Below are positions 12,659 to 26,585 of a stretch of 45,400 bases of DNA, one piece after another. Origin of the DNA: Macrostomum lignano (taxonomy: Eukaryota); NCBI GenBank assembly GCA_002269645.1, contig NIVC01000737.1, positions 1 to 45,400 on the forward strand, read 5' to 3'. The translations under genes were made by a program, and so were the position numbers. The notes below the pieces were generated by a model. The model was given only the letters and a program-made list of their open reading frames with translations. It was not told where the DNA came from and did not search any database. Position 1 is the stretch's first letter. Each line of letters opens with the position of its first letter.

Positions 12659-13788
12659 GTTTTTAGTATCACAAAGATTTAGTACTCAATCAATCTGTCT
12701 TTCATGTCGACATGTGTCCACCTTTTTACAGATTTCTTATTGAAATCCGAAAGTGATTGTGTTATCTGAAACGAGTCGGCAAAAATCAATTAATTTACTC
12801 TTTTTTGTGGTAATAATCTATCAATCTTTGGCTACGATCACAAATCTACCATGACGACTGAAAAGTACGAGTGCCCTCTGTGTCTTCCTGGTTTAAGTAC
12901 CTATAGTGCTCGAGCTGATCGACTTCTTTTGCATGCAACTAAAAAGCATGCTTTAGACGCTAAAAGAGCAAGTTGCATAATTCAATATCTTCGTTGGTCC
13001 AGAAAGTCAGATGTAAAATTATGCGCGCTATGTGATCAGTTTGCTGTAAATTTGCGAGATCACTACGCTAAATGTCATGCGGGCGATTACAGGCGTCTTA
13101 ACTCCTTATTAACTGGACAACCAGCTATCAGGTTGGCGAGAAAACGTGCTCTGCGGCGATTCGGAGAACTGTACTGGTGTTTTATTGCCGACCAGCCTTT
13201 GCCACGGTATCCGGATTCAAGTTACGAGAACGAAAAACAGGGATTGCACGAGAGGTGAGTAATGTTATTGCCTATCCTGCTTTTCAAGATTTGATCAGAC
13301 ATGTAAACGGTTGTATAAACCTAAAAATATCTTTGTATATCCTCCACAGAGAACAAGAGTCGCGGGCTGGTAAACAGTCTTGTCTCCGAATCTATACAAA
13401 AGCCTCAAAACTTCTTCCGGCAAAAGTTACAGTTCAGTTAGCGGGTGAGAAGGGTTATGGACTGTTTTCTGATGAGAATATCAAGGCGAAGTCATTCGTC
13501 TGTTTCTATGGTGGAGCAGTTTTATCCAAAAAAGAAGGGGCGGCTAGGGAAGAAAAGCGATCTCGCGAAGGAGATTCGCCCGCATTCGCCTTTTTCTATT
13601 TTTATGGTTCAAAATCATTATGCGAAGACGCTACCCTCACTGATTCTGTAGGTCGCTATATTAATCATAGTCGACTGAACCCAAACTTGGTTCCTAGTGT
13701 CATATCACCTTGCAAAGACATTGGACGCCACACAAGCCGAATAGGATTTTTTGCATTACATAATATTCCCAAGGGAATTGAGTTGCTT

Positions 13789-14969
<1,181 letters not shown>

Positions 14970-14970
<1 letters not shown>

Positions 14971-17900
14971 TGCCGTTCCCAACCCCGTGCCAAACTAGGA
15001 GCGGGGCGCTGAGGGCGAACCTTAACGGCCAGCCCAATGATGACACTGCCACCAGCAACCAAATAAATAATCCGCCGCCGGCGAACCAACCTGTTAACCT
15101 GCACATTATTCAGATCAACCTGCACCACGCCCTTGCAGCATCTAGCAACCTTTCAGGCACCTTTGCCAACAAGGAAGTTGACATCTACCTTATTCAGGAA
15201 CCGTATACCCGCAAGGGGAAGCCGACCTGCCTGCCGCCAGGCTATCAGGTTCTGTACCTCTGCGCGAACGACACCCCCAGAGCTATCGCCCTCGTCAAAA
15301 ACGACCTCCCGGCCACTATTATGCCAATGTTTTGCTCTAAAGACATGTGTACTTTCTCAGTCTTTGACTTGACCTTCGTTTCCGCTTACCTGGACATTCA
15401 GGAGGACGTCCCTCCCCCCCTCCTGCAGGAGCTGGCGGACTTCTGTAATCTCCAGGATCGGAAGCTTATCGTTAGCTGCGATGCTAACGCCCACAACACT
15501 GCCTGGTCTAGTAGCGATACTAACAGGCGCGGTGACTTACTAATTGATTTCATTAACTCCTCCTCGTTACACATTTGCAACAGAGGCAGCAAACCCACAT
15601 TTATTGTCTCTAATCGGCGTGAGGTTATCGACCTCACTCTCGTCTCCAACAACGCCCTCAATCAGGTCCACAGCTGGCTGGTTAGGGATGACCTCCCATC
15701 GCTTTCCGACCACTCGTACATTCAGTACAGCATCAGCTCCGTCGGAGCCCGTCATGAGAACCGGGACCGCCTTAATTTGAAAAAGGCCGACTGGACAGGT
15801 TTTCGAAGAGACCTGCTAAAACTCCTGACCGAAGCCAACTTACCGGACTCCAGCGAGGATCTCCCTGGCATTGAGCATCGGTGCAACTCCCTCGTTGAGA
15901 TCCTAAACACCGCCATACGCGCTAACGCCCCTAAGCTGTTTTGCAGGAAGAAATACTCTCCTTGGTGGAGTCAAGAGCTCACTCGCATGAAGAAAAACAC
16001 CCGCCGACTGCAACGCCTCGCAAACGGCTCGAATACCCCAGAGGATTGGGAGAACTACCACTCTGCTCTGAGGATGTACAAAAGTGCTATCCGAAGGGCT
16101 AAGAAGACCACCTGGAAAGCCTACTGCGCCGGCCTGGAAGGGCAACACCCCACAGCCCGGCTGGTCAGGACTCTCAGGCACGACACGCTAGCTCAGTGTA
16201 ACTCCCTTCTGCACCTGGATGGTAACTACACTACCAGTGCCGAAGGTTCGCTAAATCTTCTTTTCTCCACCTGCTTTCCGCAGGTTGACGAACCGGAGTA
16301 CGTGGTCGATGACCACAGGCCTTGTGATCACAAGCTTTTCCAGCAGTGCGCCACCCCCAGCTACTCCAGCTGGCAGCAAATTCTTTTAAACCGTATAAAT
16401 CGTCTGGCCCTGACAATATCGCCCCCTGTATCCTGCAGGAGGCGCTAAAGCTGCAAAACTTTGCTGATTCTTTCTCTAAATTGCTTGTTGACTGTTATAC
16501 CACAGGTTACATTCCCACAATCTGGAGAATGTCCAGAGTCGTGTTCATCCCGAAACCTGCTAAGGGTGACTACACCAACGTGAAATCCTTCCGGCCCATC
16601 AGCCTCACTTCCTTTTGTGTTAAGCTGATGGAGAGGCTCATCCTGTGGAGGCTTCGAGAGTGCGACCTGCGCTCCGACCCTGTCAGTAAGTACCAATACG
16701 CCTTCCAGCCTGGGAGGACGACTGAGCATGCTCTCCACGCCATTACCTCCAAAATTGAGAGTGCCATCCTTAGCAAACAACTCGCTTGCGGGTTGTTCGT
16801 TGACTTCGAAGGAGCATTTGACAATGTCCTCTTCCGCTCCTTCAGAAATTCTCTTTCCCGCAGGAATGTAAGACACAGCATTGTTCGCTGGATTTATTTT
16901 ATGATCCGCAAAAGGTTTGTGACATCCACACTTATGGGAGTTACCCTCACCCGGGCGGTGATGAAAGGCGGCCCGCAAGGTGGCGTGCTAACTCCACTTC
17001 TCTGGAATCTCGTCATGGACGAACTTCTAACCGCTGACATTCCCAGCAGTATCACCAGGGCGGGCTACGCCGATGACGTTGCCGCGGTCGTCAGCGGACC
17101 CGACCCCGCCACTCTGCGCAACCTGATGCAGCAATTCGCCGACAAGGCGGCCGACTGGGCTACACAGCATGGCCTAAAAATCAGCGTCACTAAGACTGTC
17201 GCTGTCGTTTTCACCAAGCGCCGTAAGTGGGAGATGAAAAACCTCACTGTCTATGGCAGAAACATCCCCTTCAAGAAGGAGGTCAAATACCTCGGTGTGA
17301 CGCTAACGCATGACCTGCGCTGGACGAAGCACCTTGATAACGTCATCGGTCGGGCAAAACGCTGCTTTGCCCAGCTGCGCAGAGCCATCGGGCCGACTTG
17401 GGGCCTCTCGCCTAGAACGGTCCGTTGGATTTATACCGGCATCATCCGGCCCAGTATCACATACGCGAGTCTCATCTGGACTAGCGTGCTGGAGCAGAAG
17501 GCCGCCCGTCAGCGGCTGTACCAGCTTCAGGGCAGCATTTGCCGTGCCATCACAGGTGCGTACCCGTCCACCCCTTACGAGGGGCTGAACACTATCCTTA
17601 ACCTACCTCCGCTTCACCTATTTATTAGGGCGGAGGCTATGAAGTCTGCCTCCCGGCTTATCAGAGATAAAACGTTAAATAACGCGCCCTCTGGCTTTAT
17701 GCCAATGAAAACATTAATCCCGCATATGGACTTTGTCCGCCGCGACCTTAACAACATCCACATGGACCTGGGCAATGTGGATAGTCGACCTCCCGCCCTC
17801 AACATCAGGAGGGGCTTCAAGACCGCCATCCCTGGCCGAGACAACATTCCGCTGGATGTCGGTGTGAACCGGCGCAGCCAGGGCATTCACTGCTTCACCG

Positions 17901-18787
17901 ACGGCTCGCTGTTCAACGGCCGCGCTGGAGCGGGTATTGCCATTTTCCACGAGGGTAAGATGCTTCTCCAGGAAAGTCTGCACCTCGGTGAGAACACCTC
18001 AGTTTTCCAAGCTGAAATTTGCGCCATTGAGCAGTGTGCCCAGCAACTATTTCAGGCGAACATTAATAATTTTGACATTAATTTATACACTGATAGCCAA
18101 GCTGCTATTAAGGCCTTAACCACTGAGAATATCTCCGCTGCTACAGTATCTCAATGCCACCGCAGTGTGCAATCTCTCTCAGTCCTTAACAGGATTAGAA
18201 TTATCTGGACACCTGGTCACAGCAACATCCTGGGCAACGAGCTCGCGGACTCTCTCGCCAAGGAGGGCAGCAACCCAGACGGCAACCACCGTCTGATGAG
18301 GCTACCCACCCCCAGGTCGCAAGTCACCCGCCATATCAACAGGTGGCTCCATCAGCAGCACCAGCTCCACTGGAACAGCTGCACCGAGTACAGGCAGAGC
18401 CGCTCTGCCATGCCTAACCTGAACAGGAAAGTCTCTGATTATCTGATTTCGCTTAACAGAACCGACCTCAGGGAGATGTGCATGGTCCTAACCGGCCACG
18501 GATTCTTCCAGAGACATATATCGTTGCAAACCGGTTGCCCTCCCACCTGTCCCTTCTGTGGCATAGGAGAGGAGACCGCGGAGCATCACGTCACCTTCTG
18601 CCCTTACTTCAACAAGGCGCGGCACAAATACCTCGGCCACCCCCAGCGGATGGACGAGCTGACCACCGCGGACAATATCCGAGACCTCCGCGCCTTCGTC
18701 CGGGACTCCGGCCGGATGAGGGTCGCCGATGCCTCCACTGCGGACCTGCCGACTACTGGCGGGGACTGGGCGCACCCCCAAGGCTAA
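14970..18787 (+). CDS. LINE ORF2: AP endonuclease, reverse transcriptase, RNase H and CCHC motif; one frameshift near 16354-16358
   Basis: Endonuclease motifs IQINLHH, IQEP, CDANAH, IDLTL, SDH. RT motifs KSSGPD, FRPISL, QYAFQPG, DFEGAFD, PQGGVL, YADD, YLGV. RNase H motifs FTDGS, QAEI, YTDSQAA, WTPGH, GNELAD. C-terminal CPFC..H..C. Adding one C to the C5 run fuses the two ORFs into about 1272 aa. Confidence 0.92.
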
Positions 18788-18872
18788 TCCTTGTGCTCTT
18801 TTACCTTGGGGTTGCGAAAGGGGCCTCGCGGCCTATTCGCGGCGCCTGCGCCCCCCGTCAGTAGTAAGTAAG

Positions 18873-19153
18873 TATGATTATGGTGAACGAGATGAAGAGT
18901 GTTTGCAAAAGTTTCCGTGGCTAAACTCTTAATTTTTTCGCATGTCGTTCGCACTGTCTACATTCCTAGGTTACTGTCCTTCGCACATCTGCTTTACCTG
19001 AGTCTTCAGCGTCTGAATCGGATGATTCAGAAGATACTTTTTGAGCAAGTTTAAATTTTTTAGTTAGCTGAACACTTCAATTACACAGTGATTTATTGTG
19101 TCGGCTGTTTCCAAAGCACTTGCAATAAAATTATTCAAAAATTGCTGTGCCAA
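18873..19153 (+). repeat. Right copy of the 281-bp duplication
   Basis: Starts right after the (AGTA)n tail and matches 13789..14069. Confidence 0.93.
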
Positions 19154-19588
19154 TAGATGTCATTTTTAACCTCACTTGCACACAATAGCTCAAGTGTGCT
19201 GTGAATTCGCTGCTCAGCTGTATCATTCCTGGGTCCATGTGCTCTGCTTACACGTAGCGGACCTGTTAACGTTAATTAATTCAGTTTAATGCAGTGATGA
19301 ACTGTCACTCAGTTTATAAACTGGCGCTAAACTGTTTTGATTAACGGAGCCAAAGAGCACTTATTTATTTCGTTACCTTTTATACTACACTTCATTGCAT
19401 GAAAATTAAACTGCCGTTAAGTTGACATTTTCGCCCGTTATGGTGTTATTAAACGATATGTTGGTTGCTTTTTCTCATTTTTAAGTCGTCAATATTAGTT
19501 AGGACTCAGTTTTCGATCCCGATTGCCATTCTCAAATCCATAGAATCGACACCTTAGAATCGACTTAAGACCCTAGCTGTAGGCCTAA
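18998..19588 (+). repeat. Intergenic module R2
   Basis: Differs from R1 by a 1-nt indel in a T run and a 14-bp duplication plus a few substitutions near its 3' end. It carries the KDZ terminal codons (ESSASESDDSEDTF*) although no KDZ gene precedes it. Confidence 0.92.
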
Positions 19589-19936
19589 ACTTTGCGCTAT
19601 CTATAAGAAGTCAGCATCGAATACTTGATCAGTCTTGATGTCATACTTGATACGGACCCCTCAGCCAGGAGTGCTGTTATCTTTTCTCCAGGCCATTCAG
19701 TCATACTAATCTCTTTTTGTATAATGGTACCCTATGGTTATTTAGTTATACTTACTAATATTATACAGTGCAACCCTGTCCCCATAATTCAATCAGCTTT
19801 AACTAGATGTAACTTTTGCTACTGACTTTCTTCAGTTACTAAAAAACAATGCTATACTTATTTCAGCTAGCCACTCGACGCATTGAAATTAAGTCTTCTA
19901 AAACACCAATCCAATTATTCAACAACTGTTTTAGCC

Positions 19937-20755
19937 ATGCCTAATAAACACGCAAAAATCTGTTGCTTTTTGTGCTCATGGACTGGTAGAACGTACCAAT
20001 TGTGGCGACATCGGGAAAAGTTTCACCCTACCACAACTGATGAGCAGATTCAGGCCATGATTGATCTGTCTAAAGCCAATTCGAAGGCCAAGTCTGTGGC
20101 TCTCTGCCCTCTCTGCCAGGATATGATTTCTTGCCCTAGAATGCACTTTCGAAACAACCATGCTTCCGAATTTCAAACTCCAAGTCGTAGAAAAGACCTG
20201 GCAGGTCGGGCTGCTACTAAGCGAATGAGAAAACAAGCTTCCGTACGTCTGGCAGAGCTTCGCGACTTGGCAGTTGTAAAAGAAGTGCCCATCCACTATG
20301 CTCCATTCGATCAAGTAGTCCTGGACATTCAACATCTGGTTTATAATTACGAAATAAGCGAGACAGACAACGTTGCTCCACTCCGTGCAGCTTCACAACC
20401 TGTTGCAGCCTCAACTTCTACTGCGGCATCTAGTCCTAAGCAATCTGATCGGCATTGCACATTTTCTGGGTGCAACTGTGGTGCACCAAGACTGCCTTGT
20501 GCTACATCAACAAAAGAAATTGCCAATTGTATTCCTAGATGCTCACTAGGAAATTTAAAAAAATCTCCAGGAAAAAAATTCCCCGCTGCAATCGGCCCAG
20601 TTCCTATTCCTCTCAAGCCTAAAGCAATTGTTCCTCTCACAATAGTTCCACAACCCGTTATTCGCAGACGGAAATCGTCACATGAAGTTAAAGTAACTAA
20701 ATTTGATCCAAACCTGGTGTCCTCTTCCCCAAAAAGCAATCGATTTGCTGATTAG
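19937..20755 (+). CDS. Double C2H2-like zinc-finger protein, 272 aa; paralog of the SET gene's N-terminal half
   Basis: CFLC..HREKFH, LCPLC..HFRNNH and LAGRAATKRMRKQASVRLAEL align to CPLC..HATKKH, LCALC..HYAKCH and LTGQPAIRLARKRALRRFGEL. An acceptor-like TTATTTCAG ends at 19866. The C-terminus is basic and Pro-rich, with no SET motifs. Confidence 0.75.
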   Translation: MPNKHAKICCFLCSWTGRTYQLWRHREKFHPTTTDEQIQAMIDLSKANSKAKSVALCPLCQDMISCPRMHFRNNHASEFQTPSRRKDLAGRAATKRMRKQASVRLAELRDLAVVKEVPIHYAPFDQVVLDIQHLVYNYEISETDNVAPLRAASQPVAASTSTAASSPKQSDRHCTFSGCNCGAPRLPCATSTKEIANCIPRCSLGNLKKSPGKKFPAAIGPVPIPLKPKAIVPLTIVPQPVIRRRKSSHEVKVTKFDPNLVSSSPKSNRFAD

Positions 20756-20856
20756 ACCTTTTAATAGTCCTTGAACCCCGACCCCTTCTCCTACTCACTG
20801 TAATGGCAATCTCTGAGCGAGCAGAAATACAAAATTAATTTAACAGTTTATTCTCA

Positions 20857-21142
20857 AGCACTTGCAATCATTAAAATTATCGTATAAAGTGGTAATTAAA
20901 AATTGCTGTGCCAATAGATGTCATTTTTAACCTCACTTGCACACAATAGCTCAAGTGTGCTGTGAATTCGCTGCTCAGCTGTATCATTCCTGGGTCCATG
21001 TGCTCTGCTTACACGTAGCGGACCTGTTAACGTTAATTAATTCAGTTTAATGCAGTGATGAACTGTCACTCAGTTTATAAACTGGCGCTAAACTGTTTTG
21101 ATTAATGGAGCCAAAGAGCACTTATTTCGTTACCTTTTATAC
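20857..21142 (+). repeat. Intergenic module R3 (partial)
   Basis: 20898-21142 is nearly identical to the centre of R1 and R2. ATTAAA sits where R1 and R2 have AATAAA. Confidence 0.9.
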
Positions 21143-21505
21143 TTTTGTTATTGATTATTTTTCAATCAGGTGTACTTCCATTTAGATCACTGTTTGTTGA
21201 CAGTTTATCGTTCCATTTTCTACTAAATACACGTTGTTATAATTAAGTTATAGTTTACTTTAACGACTTCATTGTGTATTGCATTTGTTTTCTTCTTTTA
21301 CACACTTATTGCAATGTTAACATTTGACAATGACTTATGATTTTACTTAGATTCGCCCGTCTAGATTTGCTCTTTTACAATTGCCCATCCAGAATCACCC
21401 TTTTTATCACACCCTCCTCCAGGTCATTCAGTCATGCTACTTTCACTGTGTATCTCTATTTTATGTCCTATCTACTCTTCTTTGTTGTATGACTCAATCA
21501 TTAGT

Positions 21506-21807
21506 AATGTCCATCGCCGCGAAGCTGTTCAACCGGCTCCTGCTTACCCCGTTGCAGCCCGTGCTGGATCCCTACCTGCGGACCGAGCAGAACGGGTTCC
21601 GGCCAAGACGCGGCACTGTTACGCAGATCCTGGCCCTTCGGTGAGTCATCGAGCAGGCGCGCACTCGGCGGTATCCGGACTGCCTGCTGGCCGATGCTGG
21701 CGCCCCCGACCAGGCCGGTGGACCGGCCTTTCTCCGCTCCCGTGCTCTGGGGCGCGACCTGTGATGCCCAACCTCGACCCTGGGGCGTAACTTGTTGTTG
21801 TTGTCAG
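21506..21807 (+). mobile_element. 5'-truncated, internally deleted RTE-clade LINE fragment
   Basis: Encodes SIAAKLFNRLLL..EQNGFRPRRGTVTQILALR* joined to a 3' end with a (TTG)n tail. It is flanked by an 8-bp direct repeat TCATTAGT (21498-21505 and 21808-21815). Confidence 0.82.
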
Positions 21808-22504
21808 TCATTAGTCGCCAAGATTTCGCGCCATCTTGACATTTAGTGTTTAACAATGCCAATATGACAATGTCGATATGTAAACTGTAGCATACTTGAT
21901 CCCTGATAAACCGTTTTGCATTCAACGCAACACTGATTTTTAGTATCTGTAAAATCGGTTCTTAAACTTCTTCCAATATTTTGTATCTGGAAATTTTCTA
22001 TTTCTCATTCTATTCTATTACGTTCTATTCCATTGTATTCTAAGACATTCTATTTTCTATTTTTGCGGCAGGGGCGGCAGCTGCAGCACTAAAGTTAGCA
22101 GGTTCCATCTGGAAAAGAAATCGGACGTGTGAGTGGAAAAGGACCATTTCTTCGGGCCATCTTTAAAATATAATGATGAATTGCGACCTTACAACATTAT
22201 GCTAGTGTATTTCCCTAAACTATAGTGCACATGTTTCGCTCATACTACTTTTAGTATCCTACTAGAGATCCTACTATCTACTATCTAACTACTACTAACT
22301 ACTAACTACTTTCCGGATATACGAGTTGTACAAAAAATGATGAATTAATAAAGATATACTACGCTCTAAAAGCAAAATGTTATTAGCTGCTAAGGGCCAT
22401 TCAGTCATTTATAAAAATAGACTATTTTATACCAGTTTTGTTACCATTTTCTTCAGTTTAAATTAAAGCTTGTAAGTGGAAATTTGTCTATATACAATGA
22501 GGCC

Positions 22505-22632
22505 TGTGGCGCAAAAATGAGTGGCTGCGGAGCTAAAAATGAGTGGCTGCGGAGCTAAAAATGAGTACCTGTGGCGCTAAAATGAGTGCCTGCGGCGCTA
22601 AAATGAGTACCTGCGGCGCTGAAATGAGTGCT
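22505..22632 (+). repeat. 21-22-bp subrepeats (AAAATGAGTRSCTGYGGMGCT) in the left arm, mirrored at 27833-27960
   Basis: About six tandem units are visible in each arm. Confidence 0.85.
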
Positions 22633-22888
22633 GACAACACGGATTCTGATAGTAATGTACGTGTAGGAATTTCGTCGTGTACATTTACATGTAGTAGAAA
22701 TCTTGGCTTTGTCACCCACCATAAAATCCATGGCGACGAGCCTGAGTGCATAACTACAACACCGAGTTGCTTTAAATATGCATTTACGCGGCTATCATGT
22801 GCCAGCAGGGGCGCATCCAGAGGCTACAGGATGTTGCATGGGGCTCAGTAAAAATCGAGTTTCTTTTCTTAATTGTTGTAAAAGCAGA

Positions 22889-25800
22889 GAGCAGAGAAGT
22901 AGAAAGATCAAGGGATCTTTGAGTTGTGGGGTAAGTTTTGGAGATATATGGCACATGGCACCTTTTTCGAGATGCAAGATAGACTGCATGGTCTGGTCAG
23001 CTATCAATTTATAAGGCATGAGAGTGGAACTGATGTGCAGGTATACCCAGCTTTTGCTAATGTTTTGCCAATTTCTTAATCTCAAGCTCAAATTCTTATT
23101 CCTGATTCCTCACGTTGGGGTAAATATGAGATCAGAGTGCAGGCGAGGGGATAGAAAAGAATACATATAACATATCAGATACATCAAGTACATATTGAAA
23201 GATGAGAGAGAGATCGAGAGAAGATGACACGAGAGAAGAGTGCGTGCTATATAGTAAAGGAGAAATGAGAATTGAGAGCAGAGAAGTAGAAAGATCAAGA
23301 GATCTTTGAGTTATGGGGTAAGTTTTGGAGATATGTGGCACATGGCACCTTTTTCGAGATGCAAGATAGACTGCATGGTCTGGTCAGCTATCAATTTATA
23401 AGGCATGAGAGTGGAACTGATGTGCAGGTATACCCAGCTTTTGCTAATGTTTTGCCAATTTCTTAATCTCAAGCTCAAATTCTTATTCCTGATTCCTCAC
23501 GTTGGGGTAAATATGAGATCAGAGTGCAGGCGAGGAATAGAAAAGAATACATATAACATATCAGATACATCAAGTACATATTGAAAGATGAGAGAGAGAT
23601 CGAGAGAAGATGACACGAGAGAAGAGTGCGTGCTATATAGTAAAGGAGAAATGAGAATTGAGAGCAGAGAAGTAGAAAGATCAAGAGATCTTTGAGTTAT
23701 GGGGTAAGTTTTGGAGATATATGGCACATGGCACCTTTTTCGAGATGCAAGATAGACTGCATGGTCTGGTCAGCTATCAATTTATAAGGCATGAGAGTGG
23801 AACTGATGTGCAGGTATACCCAGCTTTTGCTAATGTTTTGCCAATTTCTTAATCTCAAGCTCAAATTCTTATTCCTGATTCCTCACGTTGGGGTAAATAT
23901 GAGATCAGAGTGCAGGCGAGGGGATAGAAAAGAATACATATAACATATCAGATACATCAAGTACATATTGAAAGATGAGAGAGAGATCGAGAGAAGATGA
24001 CACGAGAGAAGAGTGCGTGCTATATAGTAAAGGAGAAATGAGAATTGAGAGCAGAGAAGTAGAAAGATCAAGAGATCTTTGAGTTATGGGGTAAGTTTTG
24101 GAGATATGTGGCACATGGCACCTTTTTCGAGATGCAAGATAGACTGCATGGTCTGGTCAGCTATCAATTTATAAGGCATGAGAGTGGAACTGATGTGCAG
24201 GTATACCCAGCTTTTGCTAATGTTTTGCCAATTTCTTAATCTCAAGCTCAAATTCTTATTCCTGATTCCTCACGTTGGGGTAAATATGAGATCAGAGTGC
24301 AGGCGAGGGGATAGAAAAGAATACATATAACATATCAGATACATCAAGTACATATTGAAAGATGAGAGAGAGATCGAGAGAAGATGACACGAGAGAAGAG
24401 TGCGTGCTATATAGTAAAGGAGAAATGAGAATTGAGAGCAGAGAAGTAGAAAGATCAAGAGATCTTTGAGTTATGGGGTAAGTTTTGGAGATATATGGCA
24501 CATGGCACCTTTTTCGAGATGCAAGATAGACTGCATGGTCTGGTCAGCTATCAATTTATAAGGCATGAGAGTGGAACTGATGTGCAGGTATACCCAGCTT
24601 TTGCTAATGTTTTGCCAATTTCTTAATCTCAAGCTCAAATTCTTATTCCTGATTCCTCACGTTGGGGTAAATATGAGATCAGAGTGCAGGCGAGGGGATA
24701 GAAAAGAATACATATAACATATCAGATACATCAAGTACATATTGAAAGATGAGAGAGAGATCGAGAGAAGATGACACGAGAGAAGAGTGCGTGCTATATA
24801 GTAAAGGAGAAATGAGAATTGAGAGCAGAGAAGTAGAAAGATCAAGAGATCTTTGAGTTGTGGGGTAAGTTTTGGAGATATATGGCACATGGCACCTTTT
24901 TCGAGATGCAAGATAGACTGCATGGTCTGGTCAGCTATCAATTTATAAGGCATGAGAGTGGAACTGATGTGCAGGTATACCCAGCTTTTGCTAATGTTTT
25001 GCCAATTTCTTAATCTCAAGCTCAAATTCTTATTCCTGATTCCTCACGTTGGGGTAAATATGAGATCAGAGTGCAGGCGAGGGGATAGAAAAGAATACAT
25101 ATAACATATCAGATACATCAAGTACATATTGAAAGATGAGAGAGAGATCGAGAGAAGATGACACGAGAGAAGAGTGCGTGCTATATAGTAAAGGAGAAAT
25201 GAGAATTGAGAGCAGAGAAGTAGAAAGATCAAGAGATCTTTGAGTTATGGGGTAAGTTTTGGAGATATATGGCACATGGCACCTTTTTCGAGATGCAAGA
25301 TAGACTGCATGGTCTGGTCAGCTATCAATTTATAAGGCATGAGAGTGGAACTGATGTGCAGGTATACCCAGCTTTTGCTAATGTTTTGCCAATTTCTTAA
25401 TCTCAAGCTCAAATTCTTATTCCTGATTCCTCACGTTGGGGTAAATATGAGATCAGAGTGCAGGCGAGGGGATAGAAAAGAATACATATAACATATCAGA
25501 TACATCAAGTACATATTGAAAGATGAGAGAGAGATCGAGAGAAGATGACACGAGAGAAGAGTGCGTGCTATATAGTAAAGGAGAAATGAGAATTGAGAGC
25601 AGAGAAGTAGAAAGATCAAGAGATCTTTGAGTTATGGGGTAAGTTTTGGAGATATATGGCACATGGCACCTTTTTCGAGATGCAAGATAGACTGCATGGT
25701 CTGGTCAGCTATCAATTTATAAGGCATGAGAGTGGAACTGATGTGCAGGTATACCCAGCTTTTGCTAATGTTTTGCCAATTTCTTAATCTCAAGCTCAAA

Positions 25801-26335
25801 TTCTTATTCCTGATTCCTCACGTTGGGGTAAATATGAGATCAGAGTGCAGGCGAGGGGATAGAAAAGAATACATATAACATATCAGATACATCAAGTACA
25901 TATTGAAAGATGAGAGAGAGATCGAGAGAAGATGACACGAGAGAAGAGTGCGTGCTATATAGTAAAGGAGAAATGAGAATTGAGAGCAGAGAAGTAGAAA
26001 GATCAAGAGATCTTTGAGTTATGGGGTAAGTTTTGGAGATATATGGCACATGGCACCTTTTTCGAGATGCAAGATAGACTGCATGGTCTGGTCAGCTATC
26101 AATTTATAAGGCATGAGAGTGGAACTGATGTGCAGGTATACCCAGCTTTTGCTAATGTTTTGCCAATTTCTTAATCTCAAGCTCAAATTCTTATTCCTGA
26201 TTCCTCACGTTGGGGTAAATATGAGATCAGAGTGCAGGCGAGGGGATAGAAAAGAATACATATAACATATCAGATACATCAAGTACATATTGAAAGATGA
26301 GAGAGAGATCGAGAGAAGATGACACGAGAGAAGAG
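22889..26335 (+). repeat. 387-bp tandem array, left arm (8 full plus 2 partial units)
   Basis: Identical short ORFs recur every 386-387 bp, and units differ at only a few positions. Confidence 0.96.
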
Positions 26336-26477
26336 AGAATGAAATGAAAATGAGAACAGAGAAGTAAAACGAAGAGAAGAAGAACGCAAAAGGTGCCATG
26401 TGCCATATATCCCTAAAACTTGGAGAGGAGAGGAAAGGAGAGCTGCCATTTGCCCTACACTTCTTCGAGTAGCTTTC

Positions 26478-26545
26478 AAGTAGCTGCGTTCTCATTGGAC
26501 GCGCAGCTCCGCCAAACTCAAACTCCAATGAGAACGCAGCTACTT
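26478..26545. other. Perfect 22-bp stem, 24-nt loop hairpin in the palindrome centre
   Basis: AAGTAGCTGCGTTCTCATTGGA (26478-26499) is the reverse complement of TCCAATGAGAACGCAGCTACTT (26524-26545). Confidence 0.9.
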
Positions 26546-26585
26546 ATTCCTGAAATAAGAATTTGAGAATTTAAGAATTTTTTTA

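Noticed and set aside
13177-13349. SET ORF as a stand-alone unspliced gene from 13177
   Set aside because: The listed start is not ATG, and strong phase-compatible splice sites join the SET exon to the zinc-finger ORF instead.
18729-18932. Short ORF ending in the SET C-terminus (YDYGERDEE...)
   Set aside because: It is a chance read-through from the LINE 3' UTR into the duplicated flank, not a second SET gene.
23380-23420. Spliced-leader RNA gene in the 387-bp unit (TCAATTTATAAGGCATG)
   Set aside because: The resemblance to a flatworm leader 3' end is short, it is followed by AG rather than a GT donor, and no Sm site is evident.
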